A DNA stretch of 64,000 nucleotides from Lepidodermella squamata (GCA_047495785.1 JBLDXI010000016.1:744001-808000), one strand, 5' to 3'. Shown: positions 38,166 through 50,304, counted from the stretch's first letter. The notes: a model not told the origin generated them from the letters alone. Translations and numbers: made by a program.

Positions 38166-40870
38166 GGTTAACAATCAAATTGAAATAATATTCGTTCTCA
38201 AATTGCGCACATAAGAATATCTAGATGGAAATAAATAACGAACATTAGGTCAGCCGATAATGAAGCAAATCGTGTAATAAAAAAATCCGAAACATAAAAT
38301 AACGCCAACTCCGAGTAATCGCAGCAAATCAGATGCCGAATCCAGCACAAAGCATACCTACATCTTTTCTACGATTATCAGTGAGAAGATGAGCAAAGGC
38401 AACTCTCAAGAATCTACATTAAACAAGGCTTAAGAAAACACGGCAGAGGTGTGACTCATGAACTGTTCTTAACACAAGTTCGAAGTCATTAATTTAACTG
38501 CCCATAAAACACGCAACTTTTCACGATGTTAACAATGAGATAAGGTTACATTAATAACAACGGATTATACGCACAAAGCCTGCCGCTAAAATCTAGTCTT
38601 AAACCCGGCTAAAAATTTTTACCAGTAACTAATCCGTCGGGATCAGCAACACATCGCTCCAGGCAACTTGCTTCTTTTTTAAATAATATGATATCATAAA
38701 TTGGTATCACAACGTCGCGCTTTCAAGATTTTAGCCAAGAATAAAATTAGGTTGCGATGTCCCAAATCCAAAATGTGCCTATTACGAAGTAAATATATTC
38801 AATCATTATAGAATACACAGTCAGCAGAATTCATCAATAACGATATGATCTCTAAACAATTGCCTACGCACCAAAATGTACTAAATTAGGAAATAGGGTG
38901 GCTAGTTACACATGGCAGTGGGCAGGGGTGAGAGTTTCGATCTCATTAATGGGATCGATAATAAAACCAAACATTTCATCTCCGTATTCTCTCCGAGTTT
39001 AGGATGGGATCGAAGATCGTATTAATGCAGTTACGATGTTTCTCATAAAACCTAAAAATAAAACCGATCAATTTGAAAAGGAACTAGTTAAACTAGTTGA
39101 TACGATTTTCTTGATCTGCGACGCCGTTTCCCGCAGCGACTTCTAGGCAACCCAACGCATGGCGCCAGAAAGTCGTTAGTTGTTAGCACAACAGTAATAA
39201 GCCAGTTATATGCCTGGAAAAATTATCCACCAACAGAATGCTAACAGCTATGACCCGTGATATAGATGACTGAAAGATGCTAAACACTGAAGCGACTACG
39301 CCCTAACACGGTAAATCATAAAATATACCATTTTCCATACTGGAACGCCTGAAATATAACCTTTTATATCCCTAAAACAGAAAGCCATTTGAGAAATTTG
39401 TAATGTCTTGAGTAAACGTGGCCGCATGTGAAGGGGCCCATGATATGAGCATCTACTTGAAACTTGCAAGGTAGAACCTTGCCAAGTAAGCGCATGACAT
39501 TAACAGGGCCCACATGTTCTGCTAATCCTCCTAATCAGATGTCTACCGACAAGCCGACCATAAAAGAGTTAACTGGAGAGTAGGTAGCCAGCAAATCGCA
39601 CTAAACAACGGAGCAACGGAATGCGAAAACCTGGCCAACCATGCGCAAGTTTGGGGCGCGGTTGAGCGACAGGAGGCGGAAGAGCCAAGTTTTAGCAACA
39701 AGAAAAAGAGGAAAATAGAAGGACAGAAAACGAACACGCTTCTCACCAGTGTACTGCTTATCGAAACTGGTACCAACACACTAAACGATTGTTTATTTGC
39801 TTCCAATCGAGTACTCAGGGGTTTCTCATCATTCATATTGGTTCCGGCGCCCGCAGCGGCCCAAAAATTGGGTTGGGCCGGAAAAACTTTCTATAAATAG
39901 TTTTTCCTTAAACGACTAATAACTTTATATTTTTTGTTTATTTTCAAAATATGTATTAGTATGAGATTTTCTACGAGCCGCATGCATTTTGAGGATTCTG
40001 TAAATTTTGGGTTGTGGGTTGTGTTTTGTGTTAGTGCTCCAATCGATGCAAGATAAAGAGACAAGAGCATGCTTAAACAACGCAATATTAAGGCTTCTTA
40101 ATAAGGCAATGGATAGTGTAGTTAACTTGATTGGCTGTTATTATCACTACCTACAAATATCTTCATCACTGATGAATGCTAATGAAAGACCTCCCGATTT
40201 CCAGGGAGTCGAGATCCCAGAGTCAGGTTGAGACGCGCAATTTGGAAATAAGCAAGTCTCGATTTCGTTAGAGACAGTGACAGTGACCCTGTGAAAGTAT
40301 CTCTCGCGCGGGTGTTTTGATAATCATCTAATAAACTTGCCATCTTTCAGAACGACGAAGCCAACGAGTTGGAGGTGAAAAATAATGCGTGGTGAATGAT
40401 GTTTGGTGATGGCTATAACTACAGTATGATAAATAATCCATTAAAGATGCTTTCGCATTTATTCTTTAATTTCACCGGCAAGTGAGATCTCAGGGTGACT
40501 CTGTCATATTTCTAGCGTAGAGAAGTTAGCGTAGAGGGAAAGGAGGTTTGAGAGGAATAATAGCGACAAATATCAGCGGATCCGAATATTTTATGGGAAG
40601 TTTCCCAATATTTATCGCAATGATATCCGCATGTTTATAATTCTTACTACACCAAATGCGGGGTGTGAAACATACTATCTTGGTCTCTTTTGTCTGTTTT
40701 TGCGCCAATGAGTTTTTTTACTTGCTGACGGAGCTTTCATACGACCATGAATAGTATGCTGAATGTATGCTGTACAGTTTTTTGCCCTTTTTCTACACTT
40801 CTTGCTGGCGAATATCATATGAATTACTTACAAATAATGTGCTTGTTCTATTTCTTTCTTTATAGGTAAT

Positions 40871-42144
40871 ATGCGGCCCTGCAAGGTTTGCGAAGCTCAG
40901 GTCGCTCGAAGGAAACAATATCAGCCAAGAATTTGCGAGTCATGTCAAAAATTCTTTCGAAGAGCCTGTAGCAAATACCAGAATTTGAATTTAACCTGCA
41001 TAAATGGAGATAATAACTGTGAAATTTCAAGCGACCTCAAAGGTCGCATGTGTTCTCGGTGCCGGTTTGACAGATGCCTCGCAGCAGGGATGCACTGTAA
41101 GTATTGTATTGCATCTTTGTGACGAAAAGTAAAAGCCGGTCATTCTTACAGGCAAGAGCAGCAGGAGCAGTGACAGCGAAGCGAGCTCTCCATTATCGCC
41201 TCAAAGCCAGTCTCTAACTCTAATTTCGCCTAGCAGTACGGTAACTATCAGCCCGCTAGACTTGAACAGTCTCTCAGATGTCGAAAAGCGATTGCAACTG
41301 CTTGCTAAATCTGTTCCGCTACTTCACGGATTTAATTTTGTAATTTCGAAGCTCAAATTTGAATTTGAATTTTCATGTCAATTTTCAAGTTTGCGTTCAA
41401 GGGCCGAGATCTGATAATCAATGACAAAGCAACGTTCTTAAATCTCACTCGTGCAGATTTACATTTAGCAGAGACAGTCATTCCTCAGTTTAAATCATTC
41501 ATAGGGGGTGTGCAAAGTTTGCGTAAAATTCAAATAAAGATGACACTTTTTCATCTGCAGAAGCAGAATCCTTATCAGAAAGCGACCTCGACCCATTGGA
41601 AAATGGCCTAGCCTTTCGCGCAATCGCAGCTTTCGAAGCTTTGCCATGTGGAGCTAACAATTGTCTGCTAGGAATGGATGCCAGCTACAAATATAGCTTC
41701 CTCGGGTTGTATCCGGAATTCGAGGAGACTTGGCATCGCACCGAATATCTGAATCAGTTGGTTTTATCCTGGTCCCCTTCCCTCATCGAAAGTGCGATTT
41801 TTCTCATGCTAGTATTTTTCCGAGGTAATTCTTGCGACTACAACATCTGGCCAATTTAATTACTTATAAAATTAGAACGATGCGCTTGCAACCCCAAAGT
41901 TGCGAGAATAAGACGACGATTATGGTCGTTATTCAACTTATGGAATGGTGCCGTAACGAGAAACGAGCCTGCAGAAACAGCATCGATGATAATTGAAAGC
42001 CGACGGTTGTGCCTTGAAAAATGTCTTGCTGCTACTGAGGCCGTCTATGACGAATGTATTCGGGCCTCAGCTATCAATTTCAACGACTGTGTGATGCAAA
42101 TATGCGAAAACAATCGTGTTATGAAAAAGCATTGGATACCCTGA
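40871..42144 (+). CDS. Divergent nuclear hormone receptor, tandem copy 1 (C4 zinc-finger DBD plus LBD-like region)
   Basis: Exons about 40871-41096, 41152-41339, 41390-41507, 41561-41824 and 41876-42144. DBD CKVC-X14-CESCQKFFRR..C-X6-C-X10-CSRCRFDRCLAAGM; ends KKHWIP. Confidence 0.88.
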
Positions 42145-42559
42145 GCTATGAGCTTTAAATATTTAATAATTCTTCCACCTATTGATGATGGAGACAAAAT
42201 AAAACGAATTTCGCAACGTGGATAACGAGTTATCGTTATTCTCGATATTTATCGCTGCAACATCCCGTAATTACTGCAGTGTTTTAAGTTGCTGACCTAG
42301 GCATGCAAGCCCTTATTGTCATTTGCGGTTTCGTAATCGCTGTATTTCATTTACATTGTACAGCCACTACTACATATTTTTTCCTCTGCACTAATACATA
42401 CTGCTAGCCTCTTTCTATTTATTGATAATCCAAATAATATATGGAGTGTGTAGAACTCGTGTATAAAAATAATCTAGAAAGAGCATTTCATGTAGAGCAC
42501 CTATTTTACAGTCGCGTTATTCTCAGGACTACTGACGCTTGATCGATAAGTAACTAAAA

Positions 42560-43873
42560 ATGCTGTTGTGCAAGGTAGGTGATAAAAGGAATCTTCACAG
42601 TTGAACTCCACATTTGCATGGTTTTCTCACATGTTTCCAGGTTTGCAGAGCCGAAGTGGCGCGGCGCAGAGTTTACCAGCCAAGCACCTGTGAATCGTGC
42701 CAGAAATTCTTTGCCAGAACTTGCCGCAAGACCTCTGCAGCCAGCCTGAAATGCGAAAGTGGGACGTTTCGATGTCATATCTCCAGCGGGCTCAAGCGTC
42801 AAATGTGCCCTAAATGTCGCTTTGAAAAGTGTCTTTCTGTAGGAATGAAAAGTTGGTGACCTTGTAAAATTGGGTTATTTCGTGCACATATTTTATTCCA
42901 TAGGTAGATACATGGAATCGATGGAACGCACGTCAACACCGCCAATGCAGATTTCATCAGATTTTTCGGTTCTGCCGGCACATGCAGCGTACACCGATTT
43001 ATCCGAATTAGAAAGTCATTTGAAAGTTTTAGCCAAGTCCTTTCCGCTTCTTCATGATCTTAACTTCGTTAGTTTGAAACGAGGCCAAAGAATCTTCCTA
43101 ATGAAGCAATTTTTCAGCTTACTCTGAAAGATCCTGGCTTGACGCTATCCGATCGAGGAATGCTAATGCGTAAGAGTAAAGTGGACCTTCACATGACTGA
43201 CCGAGCGATTCAGCAATTTATTGGTTTTGTAAAAGGTAAATTGCTCTATCCTTGAAATATCGAAACCGACTTATATCTATTTCTCATTATGATAGAAATG
43301 GAGTCGCTTAATACTATGGATATTGAACCATTAGAAAACGGGTTCGCGGTTCGAGCCATTGTCGCCTTTGATTCTTTGCCTTGCGGTGTAAGCAACTGTT
43401 TGATTGGAATGAACGCCAATATCAAGAATAGCTATCTGAGTTTATATCCTGAGTTTAAAGACACCTGTCAAAGAGCCGAGCATCTAAGCAAACTGGTGCA
43501 AAATTGGTCGCCTTCTTTTATAGAAAGTGCAATATTTCTAATGCTGATGTTCTTTAATGGTACGATTTTTCATGCCGTAAAGTGTTGTATGACCAGCTAG
43601 TTCTGTTTTTTTTCAGAAAAATATAGTGGTAACTCCAAAATCGCGAGGATAAGACGACGGCTGTGGTCACTATTAAACATGTGGAACACTGCGGCTGTAA
43701 AAGAAGATTTATCCGAGACAATCGAAAGTCGGAGATTTTGCATGGAGACTTGCCTTGCGGCTGCAGAGGCTACTTATGAAGAATGCATGCGCGCATCCGC
43801 GATCAACGCAAATCAGGCTGTACTGGAATTTTGTGATCTCAGTGATACAATGAAGAAACATTGGATACCATGA
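42560..43873 (+). CDS. Divergent nuclear hormone receptor, tandem copy 2
   Basis: Exons about 42560-42574, 42641-42851, 42904-43067, 43118-43234, 43296-43559 and 43617-43873. DBD CKVC..CESCQKFFAR..CPKCRFEKCLSVGM. Colinear with copy 1 (PLENG, LYPEF, WSPS.IESAIFLML, ARIRRRLWSL, KKHWIP). Confidence 0.88.
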
Positions 43874-44054
43874 TCATAATAAATTTTAAAGGATTCAATG
43901 TAAATGCGTGGCCCAGACTCGTAAATTCACCTTGATGCGCGAGATATTTTCGCAGGACCGTAAATAATATCCTGTAAGCTAACTGGGGTATAATAGTGGC
44001 GATTCTGAGCTAACGTTTTGTATTTTTTCAAATATTTACTGAAAATACGTAGCG

Positions 44055-44615
44055 ATGGCTCGCCGATTTGTTGTTCTCTGCGCTGTTTTAGCCGCCGTTT
44101 ACTGTTGGGAATTGGAGCGACCCAATTTCCACGTCCGCGAAGACGAAACTACGACCGAAGCCCCAGCTAAAAAGGTACACTAACCATGAGTAAAACTTGC
44201 GCACAATCCCTTTTTTGTTTCATTCAGGTCAAATGTCCAGAGGGAACTAGTCCAGCTGACGAAGACCTCGAAAACTTGATGTGGCGCGTTCGTTTGCAAA
44301 GCAAGGTGCTGATCAAGTACCAAATGCCGAGTCGGACATTCAAAATCACCTGCTACAAGAAGACAGAGTCATTCTTCATGAATGACAAAAATGAGAGGGA
44401 AAACTACAGCCAATACGCTCTTCAAATTCGCCTAAGCAAAGGTTAGCTTTTTCAACTTTGATCCCTATTTTCTTATAAAAAATGCTTTTTTTTGGATAGG
44501 CAAATACGCTCACGTATTTGTCGATAACGTCACTGCTCTAAACATTGCTAACAACGAGGTCAAGTTCATCTACAACGGCTTCGACCACAAGAAAACCGAT
44601 CAATTCTGGGTTTAA
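44055..44615 (+). CDS. Secreted cystatin-fold (stefin-like) protein lacking QxVxG
   Basis: Exons 44055-44174, 44229-44441 and 44500-44615. Signal peptide MARRFVVLCAVLAAVYC. The mature part aligns by eye with stefin A: SPADEDLENLMWRVR ~ KPATPEIQEIVDKVK; YALQIRLSKGKYAHVFV ~ YYIKVRAGDNKYMHLKV; DHKKTDQF ~ DKNKDDEL. Confidence 0.6.
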
Positions 44616-44690
44616 AACTAACTTATTCCTTCGGTGATCACTAAATAGATTAAAACTAAAACCAGCGAGCATGTGATAAAATAGCTTTTA

Positions 44691-46146
44691 TTATGTATCT
44701 TCATCTTCAAAAAATGCGACATATTGAAAGTCCTCTTGTTTATCGAGGTTTTGACCAATGATACCGCCTGTTTCGGATGACCCGTCTGGCAGTGGCGGTG
44801 GAGTGATGATAATTGGAAGAAAGCGGACTCCATTCACCAAACTCGGGGTTACATAAGTCCCTTGCGGGTGAACATTCGGCTCTGAATTGACGATATTCGT
44901 AAAATTTATCCAATATTCGGTCAAATCTATCCAGGTTGGGTCAAAAAGCTCTGCCGCAACTGGGTAGATCTCACTCCAGCCGGAAATTGTTTGGGCAGTG
45001 ATGGGGAAGTCGCGGAATAAATTCCCATTCGCGTCTTCATCCTCATCGATTGCTGCTAATTGTTCTTGCTGATCACCTTGAGGTTTTGTATAGCTTGGAG
45101 GTTGACGAATAGTGACATGATCTATGAAAAAGAGAAGTTGCAGAAGCATTATAATAGAAAATGAGATTATCACCTTTTTCGATCCCAGCGGCGATGTCGC
45201 CTTTAGTTCGGAGCCATTCGTTGATGAGGATCGAGAGGATAATTTTGTCAGGCGGCGCTTGAATTTGGTTCAAACTTCGAGTGCCAATATACTTGTTGAA
45301 CAAACGTTTCAGCTCGGGAAGAGATTTCGAGTCTAAATCATCTCTCAACCTTGTCGAATTTTTGTTTTTAGGTGCAGAGATATTGCCAAGCATTTCGCGC
45401 CAAGTTGATGCAAGCATTCCAACCATAGTGCCAGGTGGTAGCAACTTGATAACGTTGCCCGAGAGAAGGAACCTTTTACAGCACCTTTGGCGAGTTGAAA
45501 CAATTAGCACTCCGTTTTCACGTCCGTCAGTTGGCTCGAAATACGATTGAGACAGCGGGAATAAATTGACCTCGGCGAATATGACATAAGGATTTCCTTC
45601 GGTGATAAATTTTCCTGCAAACAGCTTTGCCATTTGCGTGGCAGTTTTGTAGAATTTCGCATCTTCGACGTCGATTTCCTGGACTTGAACATCACCCAAC
45701 TGATCCAATAGTTGTAGGGTGAAATGATAGGCTCGCCGTTGCTTCCATCGAAGCTCGCCCTTTTGAGGCCCTACGACAAAGACCAAGGCTTTATAGCCGA
45801 AACGTCGCCAGGCAAGAACAGAAACAGGAAGCCAATAACTGCAGCCACAGACCTCTCTGAACAAGCAAAATGCCGGAACGGTGTAGAGCTCAAAAAGACA
45901 GGATAACACGACAACTTTTTGCGTTGAGGCCGTCAATCCCCTTGGAACAGAGACGCCTTTGAATTCGTCCCCAGAAGAAGCAGACGATTTATCGAGGTAG
46001 ACTGAAATCACATTAGTCCACCACGCCCATGCGACTAGTAAGCCAAGAATCGAATAAGCGAAGTAGAATCGATATCTCATAGCCTTTCCTAATACATCTT
46101 TCACAGGTTGCGGAGTCGCCTTTTTGAGATACAAAAGCGTCTCCAT
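44691..46146 (-). CDS. Type II membrane protein, putative GT-A-fold glycosyltransferase-like, paralog A
   Basis: Exons 46146-45174 and 45121-44691. N-terminal TM segment (FYFAYSILGLLVAWAWW). Shares VVLSC..FC..C.CSYWLP..AWRRFGYKALV..AKLFAGK..YVIFAEVNLFP..GMLASTWREML with paralog B. Confidence 0.7.
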
Positions 46147-46209
46147 TTTTTGAATAAATGAGTGGATGTGCTATTATGCAGATGCATTTTATAATGAATC
46201 AAAGACGCA

Positions 46210-47791
46210 TCAAAGCGGCATGTATGTAGCCTCATCAATAGCAGAAGGCGACTTGTTTTGAGAGGGGCTGCTTTGCCTTTCATTCAAAGCATGTCTAAGG
46301 AAAGATAGCCGATACTGGCCGATGTCGTATCGTTTGAAGAGGTGATTTTCAATGACCTTTCTATTTACGTCCCACGCTTTATCCGAATGAACAGGCAGTG
46401 TAAATTCGATCAATTTCGGGACGAAAGCTGAAAAAAGACTTTTAGTACAAGCAAATCACTGAATTGCAGGGAAAATAATACTTTGTTGGGATGAGTCATT
46501 GTTTGATGGTTTTCGAGCTAAAATGTCGATACGAACTGATCCATCAGTGTTTTGAGGCACTTTGACGGGTTCAGTTGACCTGACTTCCACACGACCTTGA
46601 GAAAAGAATTCTATCACTAAATTGGACTTAAGTGTTAAGCTTACACTTGCGTGCTGATTCGTCTTTTTTAAGCCATTCATGAAACAGATAGGCGAAAGCA
46701 GTGCTTGACTTTGCCTCATTCTTCGAGTTGTTGAAAACACCGTTTAGCTCTTCCAGCTTCTGCTGCATTTCAGAGACTATGTTTGTTTCCAGGTCGATGG
46801 TGTAGTTCATAACATCGCGCCACGTTGTAGCCATCATTCCAACACCACCGCTAATGGGAAAGGTCTCACAATCACCACCCCCGATTAGCTCAGCTTCAGA
46901 GCAGCTTGTGCCAGGTTTCCGTGCAATGATGACATTGTGCATTCCACTTGGATCAGGAAAATACACGTTTGATCCAGACTCGCGATTTGGCAGTAAATTG
47001 ACCTCGCTGGTTAGAATGTAAGTTCTCTCCATCATTTCTTTCGGGCTGAGCAGCTCAGCTTGCTCGAACTCGAACAAACTTGTTTTCGGAGCCGGAACTT
47101 TCCCTTCAATAACTAATTTTGCTCCATAGGCCCGGGCGAAGATGGTAATAACGGATAACTCCGAGTCGGGAATAGATTTCGGAATAGGGAAATCGAACAC
47201 CGCTGCTCCCAGCATTTGAAGCTCGTTTACCACAAACTTAAAAGCTTCCACTTGATCCAGTGACCCAGATGTCAACAGCAAGATAACTGCATTGAAACCC
47301 CATCGCCTGTACCAAGCTACTGCAAGAGGCAGCATGAACACGCAAGAACAAAAGTCATTAGGTGAAGGGTTAATGCAATCTGAAGAGCTTGAAAATGGCT
47401 CGAGATGGCAGCTGAAGACAACATAGAGCCTTTCAGCATAAATTGGCTGCGAACAAGATGGATGAAGTGCTGAAACCCGTCCGTGGGTTGTCGTGCCACT
47501 TTCGGCATACCGATGAAGAATTACTCGTTCAAAGAACGAATTCTGGTCGAAATTACTTCGTTTGAATGTTTTAGGTTCATACGGAACTAGAGTGGTGCTG
47601 GCAGGTTCAATGTAGAGAACCAGCTCGTTGCTCTGCTGTGATGATCTTGGCATTATTGGCACGATAATGACGAGGAGGAAAGACATGAGTAGTGATAGAT
47701 AGATCAGCCAAAAGCAACATCTTAACTGTAAACTGAATCTTTTCGCAAGTAATATTGTTATTATTAGCTGCGAAATTTTCCGCCAGGTCAT
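46210..47791 (-). CDS. Type II membrane protein, putative GT-A-fold glycosyltransferase-like, paralog B
   Basis: Exons about 47791-46645, 46596-46482 and 46427-46210. N-terminal TM segment (FWLIYLSLLMSFLLVIIVPI); VVFSC..FCSCVFMLP..AWYRRWGFNAVI..ARAYGAK..YILTSEVNLLP..GMMATTWRDVM. Confidence 0.7.
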
Positions 47792-48364
47792 TTTTCAGCA
47801 AGTATCAATGTCGATACTATAGTTGTCGCACGAGTAGAACAATGTTTGCACTTAAGCCTGCGCTTTGTTCTCCTTTGCGCGGCTCTACGTGCAACATGCT
47901 TGTTTTTGCGACAAAATTGTTGAGTGTTACTACATTCTAGTCTCGATATGCAGTGTCAAAGCCCAACTACTTGTTGCTGGGTCGGTCGTAGTAGTCGGGC
48001 TGGTGGGGTTGGTGGGTGAGATTTTTTTCATGCTATATGTATTAATCAATCGAAAGAATCGCGTGCTGCCTAGTGCCATAGATGTTATACAGACCATCAA
48101 AGCAACAAGTAGTTGGACTTTGACTCCGCATAGCTGGCCTAAGATGTAACTAAACCGCGTCTCTAGTTCTTGCCTGCATCCTTGCTCAAGTGCGCTGCTT
48201 CTTTTCATCCTCAATTTTGGAACGGGGAATAGGCTTGAGACGTTCTTTCGGCATTTCAGCAATCCCCTCCTTGGATCGCTTTTTGAAGCTGTCAGATTGC
48301 ACGACGTAATCAGCGATTTTATCAAGTCGGCCTAAGAAGGCCATCGGAGCAAGATACCTATTTA

Positions 48365-48520
48365 CAGTGCACCTTTGTTATAACGAACCGGTCTTATAGC
48401 GAACTTCGCCTATAACGAACAAAAATGAGTGGCACGAGCCAAACTACGCACTTTTACATGTTACCAACCTCGTTTATAACGAACTTCTTATAGCGAACTT
48501 TCAGCTGCTATAACGAACAT
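48365..48520 (+). mobile_element. pogo/Tigger-like (Tc1/mariner superfamily) terminal fragment
   Basis: TA|CAGTGCACCT start followed by six TATA(A/G)CGAAC subterminal motifs, typical of Tigger/pogo ends. The other end was not found. Confidence 0.6.
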
Positions 48521-48539
48521 TTTGGGGTGGCGCCTTGGG

Positions 48540-49005
48540 AGCACCGTCATTTGGGGTAATTTGGGTCATTGGGGCTATTCGGACAAATGTTCATGCGAGC
48601 AGAAGAATGAACATTACTTGAATAACTCGGCCGATGGCTATGAAATTTTGCAGGGAGTTGGTTGGAAAGACGACCCACATACCGTAAACATTTCATGACC
48701 TTTACGGTATGTGGGAATTAGTGGTTAGGAAGGTACGGGTTCACCTTTCAGGTGTAAGTTTAACTCGGTTTAACCACTGTTCTGCGTTGAATTACCTGTA
48801 CCCAACGAGAATTTTGATCGACCTGCGCCTAATTTTTCCTGAACCTACAGAAAGGATGCAGCAAGACCTGCGCCTAATTTTTCCTGAACCTACAGATGCT
48901 AGGACACCCATGAAAATTGAAACCGCCCCGATCCGACGCATACTTTTGTCTAATTAATTGCGTCCGAATAGCCCCACGAAAAAAGGAGGTTGTGGGGCAA
49001 TCGGA
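48540..49005. mobile_element. Non-autonomous DNA transposon remnant
   Basis: TGGGGCTATTCGGAC (~48570) recurs inverted as GTCCGAATAGCCCCA (~48962). An internal ~32-bp direct duplication GACCTGCGCCTAATTTTTCCTGAACCTACAGA sits at ~48820 and ~48864. Confidence 0.45.
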
Positions 49006-49075
49006 ACAGAGAAATGCGGCAGAATTGGAATATTCTAATGAGCTTTGTAGTTGATGACCGGATTTGTCGCGCCGC

Positions 49076-49615
49076 TCAGTTGTTGCGCGCGACAAATCGC
49101 GAGTCCGTGAACCCAGCTTTAATCGAGTGACAAAATTCGTGAACAATCTGGCACAATGTGGCAGTCGACATTCCAAAGAATTCTCTCACTGTCCTCAATG
49201 CCGGCCGAAAAATCGTGTCTAGTCGATACAAATCATTGAATATCACCCCAACTAAATGATTAAAAGCTGCTCGGTTCATTCGAATATGAGATATCATCTC
49301 TTCATCCGTAAAATTGAGGAAAATTTTATTAGCATAGGTTCAGCGCGTGTGTTAATTTCATATTAATAAACTTCAAAGTTTTTTGAATCAACCAATGGGG
49401 AGAAGGCTTTTTTGCCGAAAAACCTCGAACACCCTAAAAGTCGACTTTATGACCAGGATGATTTTCGAACATAAAGTTGACTTTATTTCACTATAAAGTC
49501 TAAAGTCGGCTTTATCTCGCAAACATAAATGTACTACGGCCGATAATGTCGACTTCGTCGCCTTAAAGTCGACTTTAACGGCAGATTTTTGTCCGAAATC
49601 GACCTCAAAAACACT
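49076..49615 (-). mobile_element. PIF/Harbinger transposase relic with subterminal palindromic repeats
   Basis: Minus-strand FTDEEMISHIRMNRAAFNHLV..LYRLDTIFRPA/LRTVREFFGMSTATLCQIVHEFC resembles the Harbinger (HARBI1-type) N-terminal FRM..HTH region with an internal deletion. About 5 copies of AAAGTCGACTTT at 49437-49576. Confidence 0.65.
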
Positions 49616-50043
49616 TGTTGTGTCATTCTTCTCATCACAGTTTATTCTCTTTCCAGTCGCCCTGAACACCGCCTTACAACTGTTCGTGCCTACCTGCCAG
49701 CCACTCACTGGAGACATACACTGGGTGGCCATAATGTTTCGTACACCCCACAAAAACCGTGTTTTTCATCCCCAATGAAATCTCTTCAGCCTGTATCAAT
49801 GGGGTCCATAAATTATTCCTAACAATTTTGTTATGAGCAGTTTGAGCTCAAGAACTCGGCAATCGGAGAAAAGGATAGGTCAGGGCATTTATCGATTCGT
49901 CAACCGATTGATGCTGATTTCAGGTATTGATTGATGGAATATTAGCGAATATTAAGATGATCCTAAATTTCCAGAGCAGCAAAGCTCATGCCTTCTAATT
50001 AAATAGGCATCGCTGATTAATAATCCGAAAGCAGAACTCGACT

Positions 50044-50304
50044 ACGAATTTCGGCTGCAAAGTTATCGGGTGATTTCTGATTTATCGATTGATTGAGCTT
50101 TACGATATTGGCAAAATCAGTGAATATTTCAGACGAGGAATTGTATATTCGCACAGATTTTGAACTGCTTGGTTATTTCAAGGTCCTAGAAGCTCATTAG
50201 TAACTTTTCCTCAGGAAAAACTTCATCCAAATCGATCAGTTATCGGTAAATTAACGGAATCGATAAATCAGAAATCACCTGATAACTTTGCAGTCGAAAT
50301 TCGT
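50044..50304. mobile_element. MITE-like element, 261 bp, with 47-bp terminal inverted repeats
   Basis: 50044-50090 and 50258-50304 are reverse complements with 2 mismatches. No clear TSD. Confidence 0.6.

Noticed and set aside
42130-42144. C-terminal HWIP as a Groucho-binding WRPW motif
   Set aside because: It lacks the Arg and the terminal aromatic residue; the resemblance is too weak.
48379-48518. CRISPR-like spaced repeats (TATAACGAAC; also AAAGTCGACTTT at 49437-49576)
   Set aside because: Units are 10-12 bp and irregularly spaced, in a eukaryotic context with no cas genes; they fit transposon subterminal repeats.
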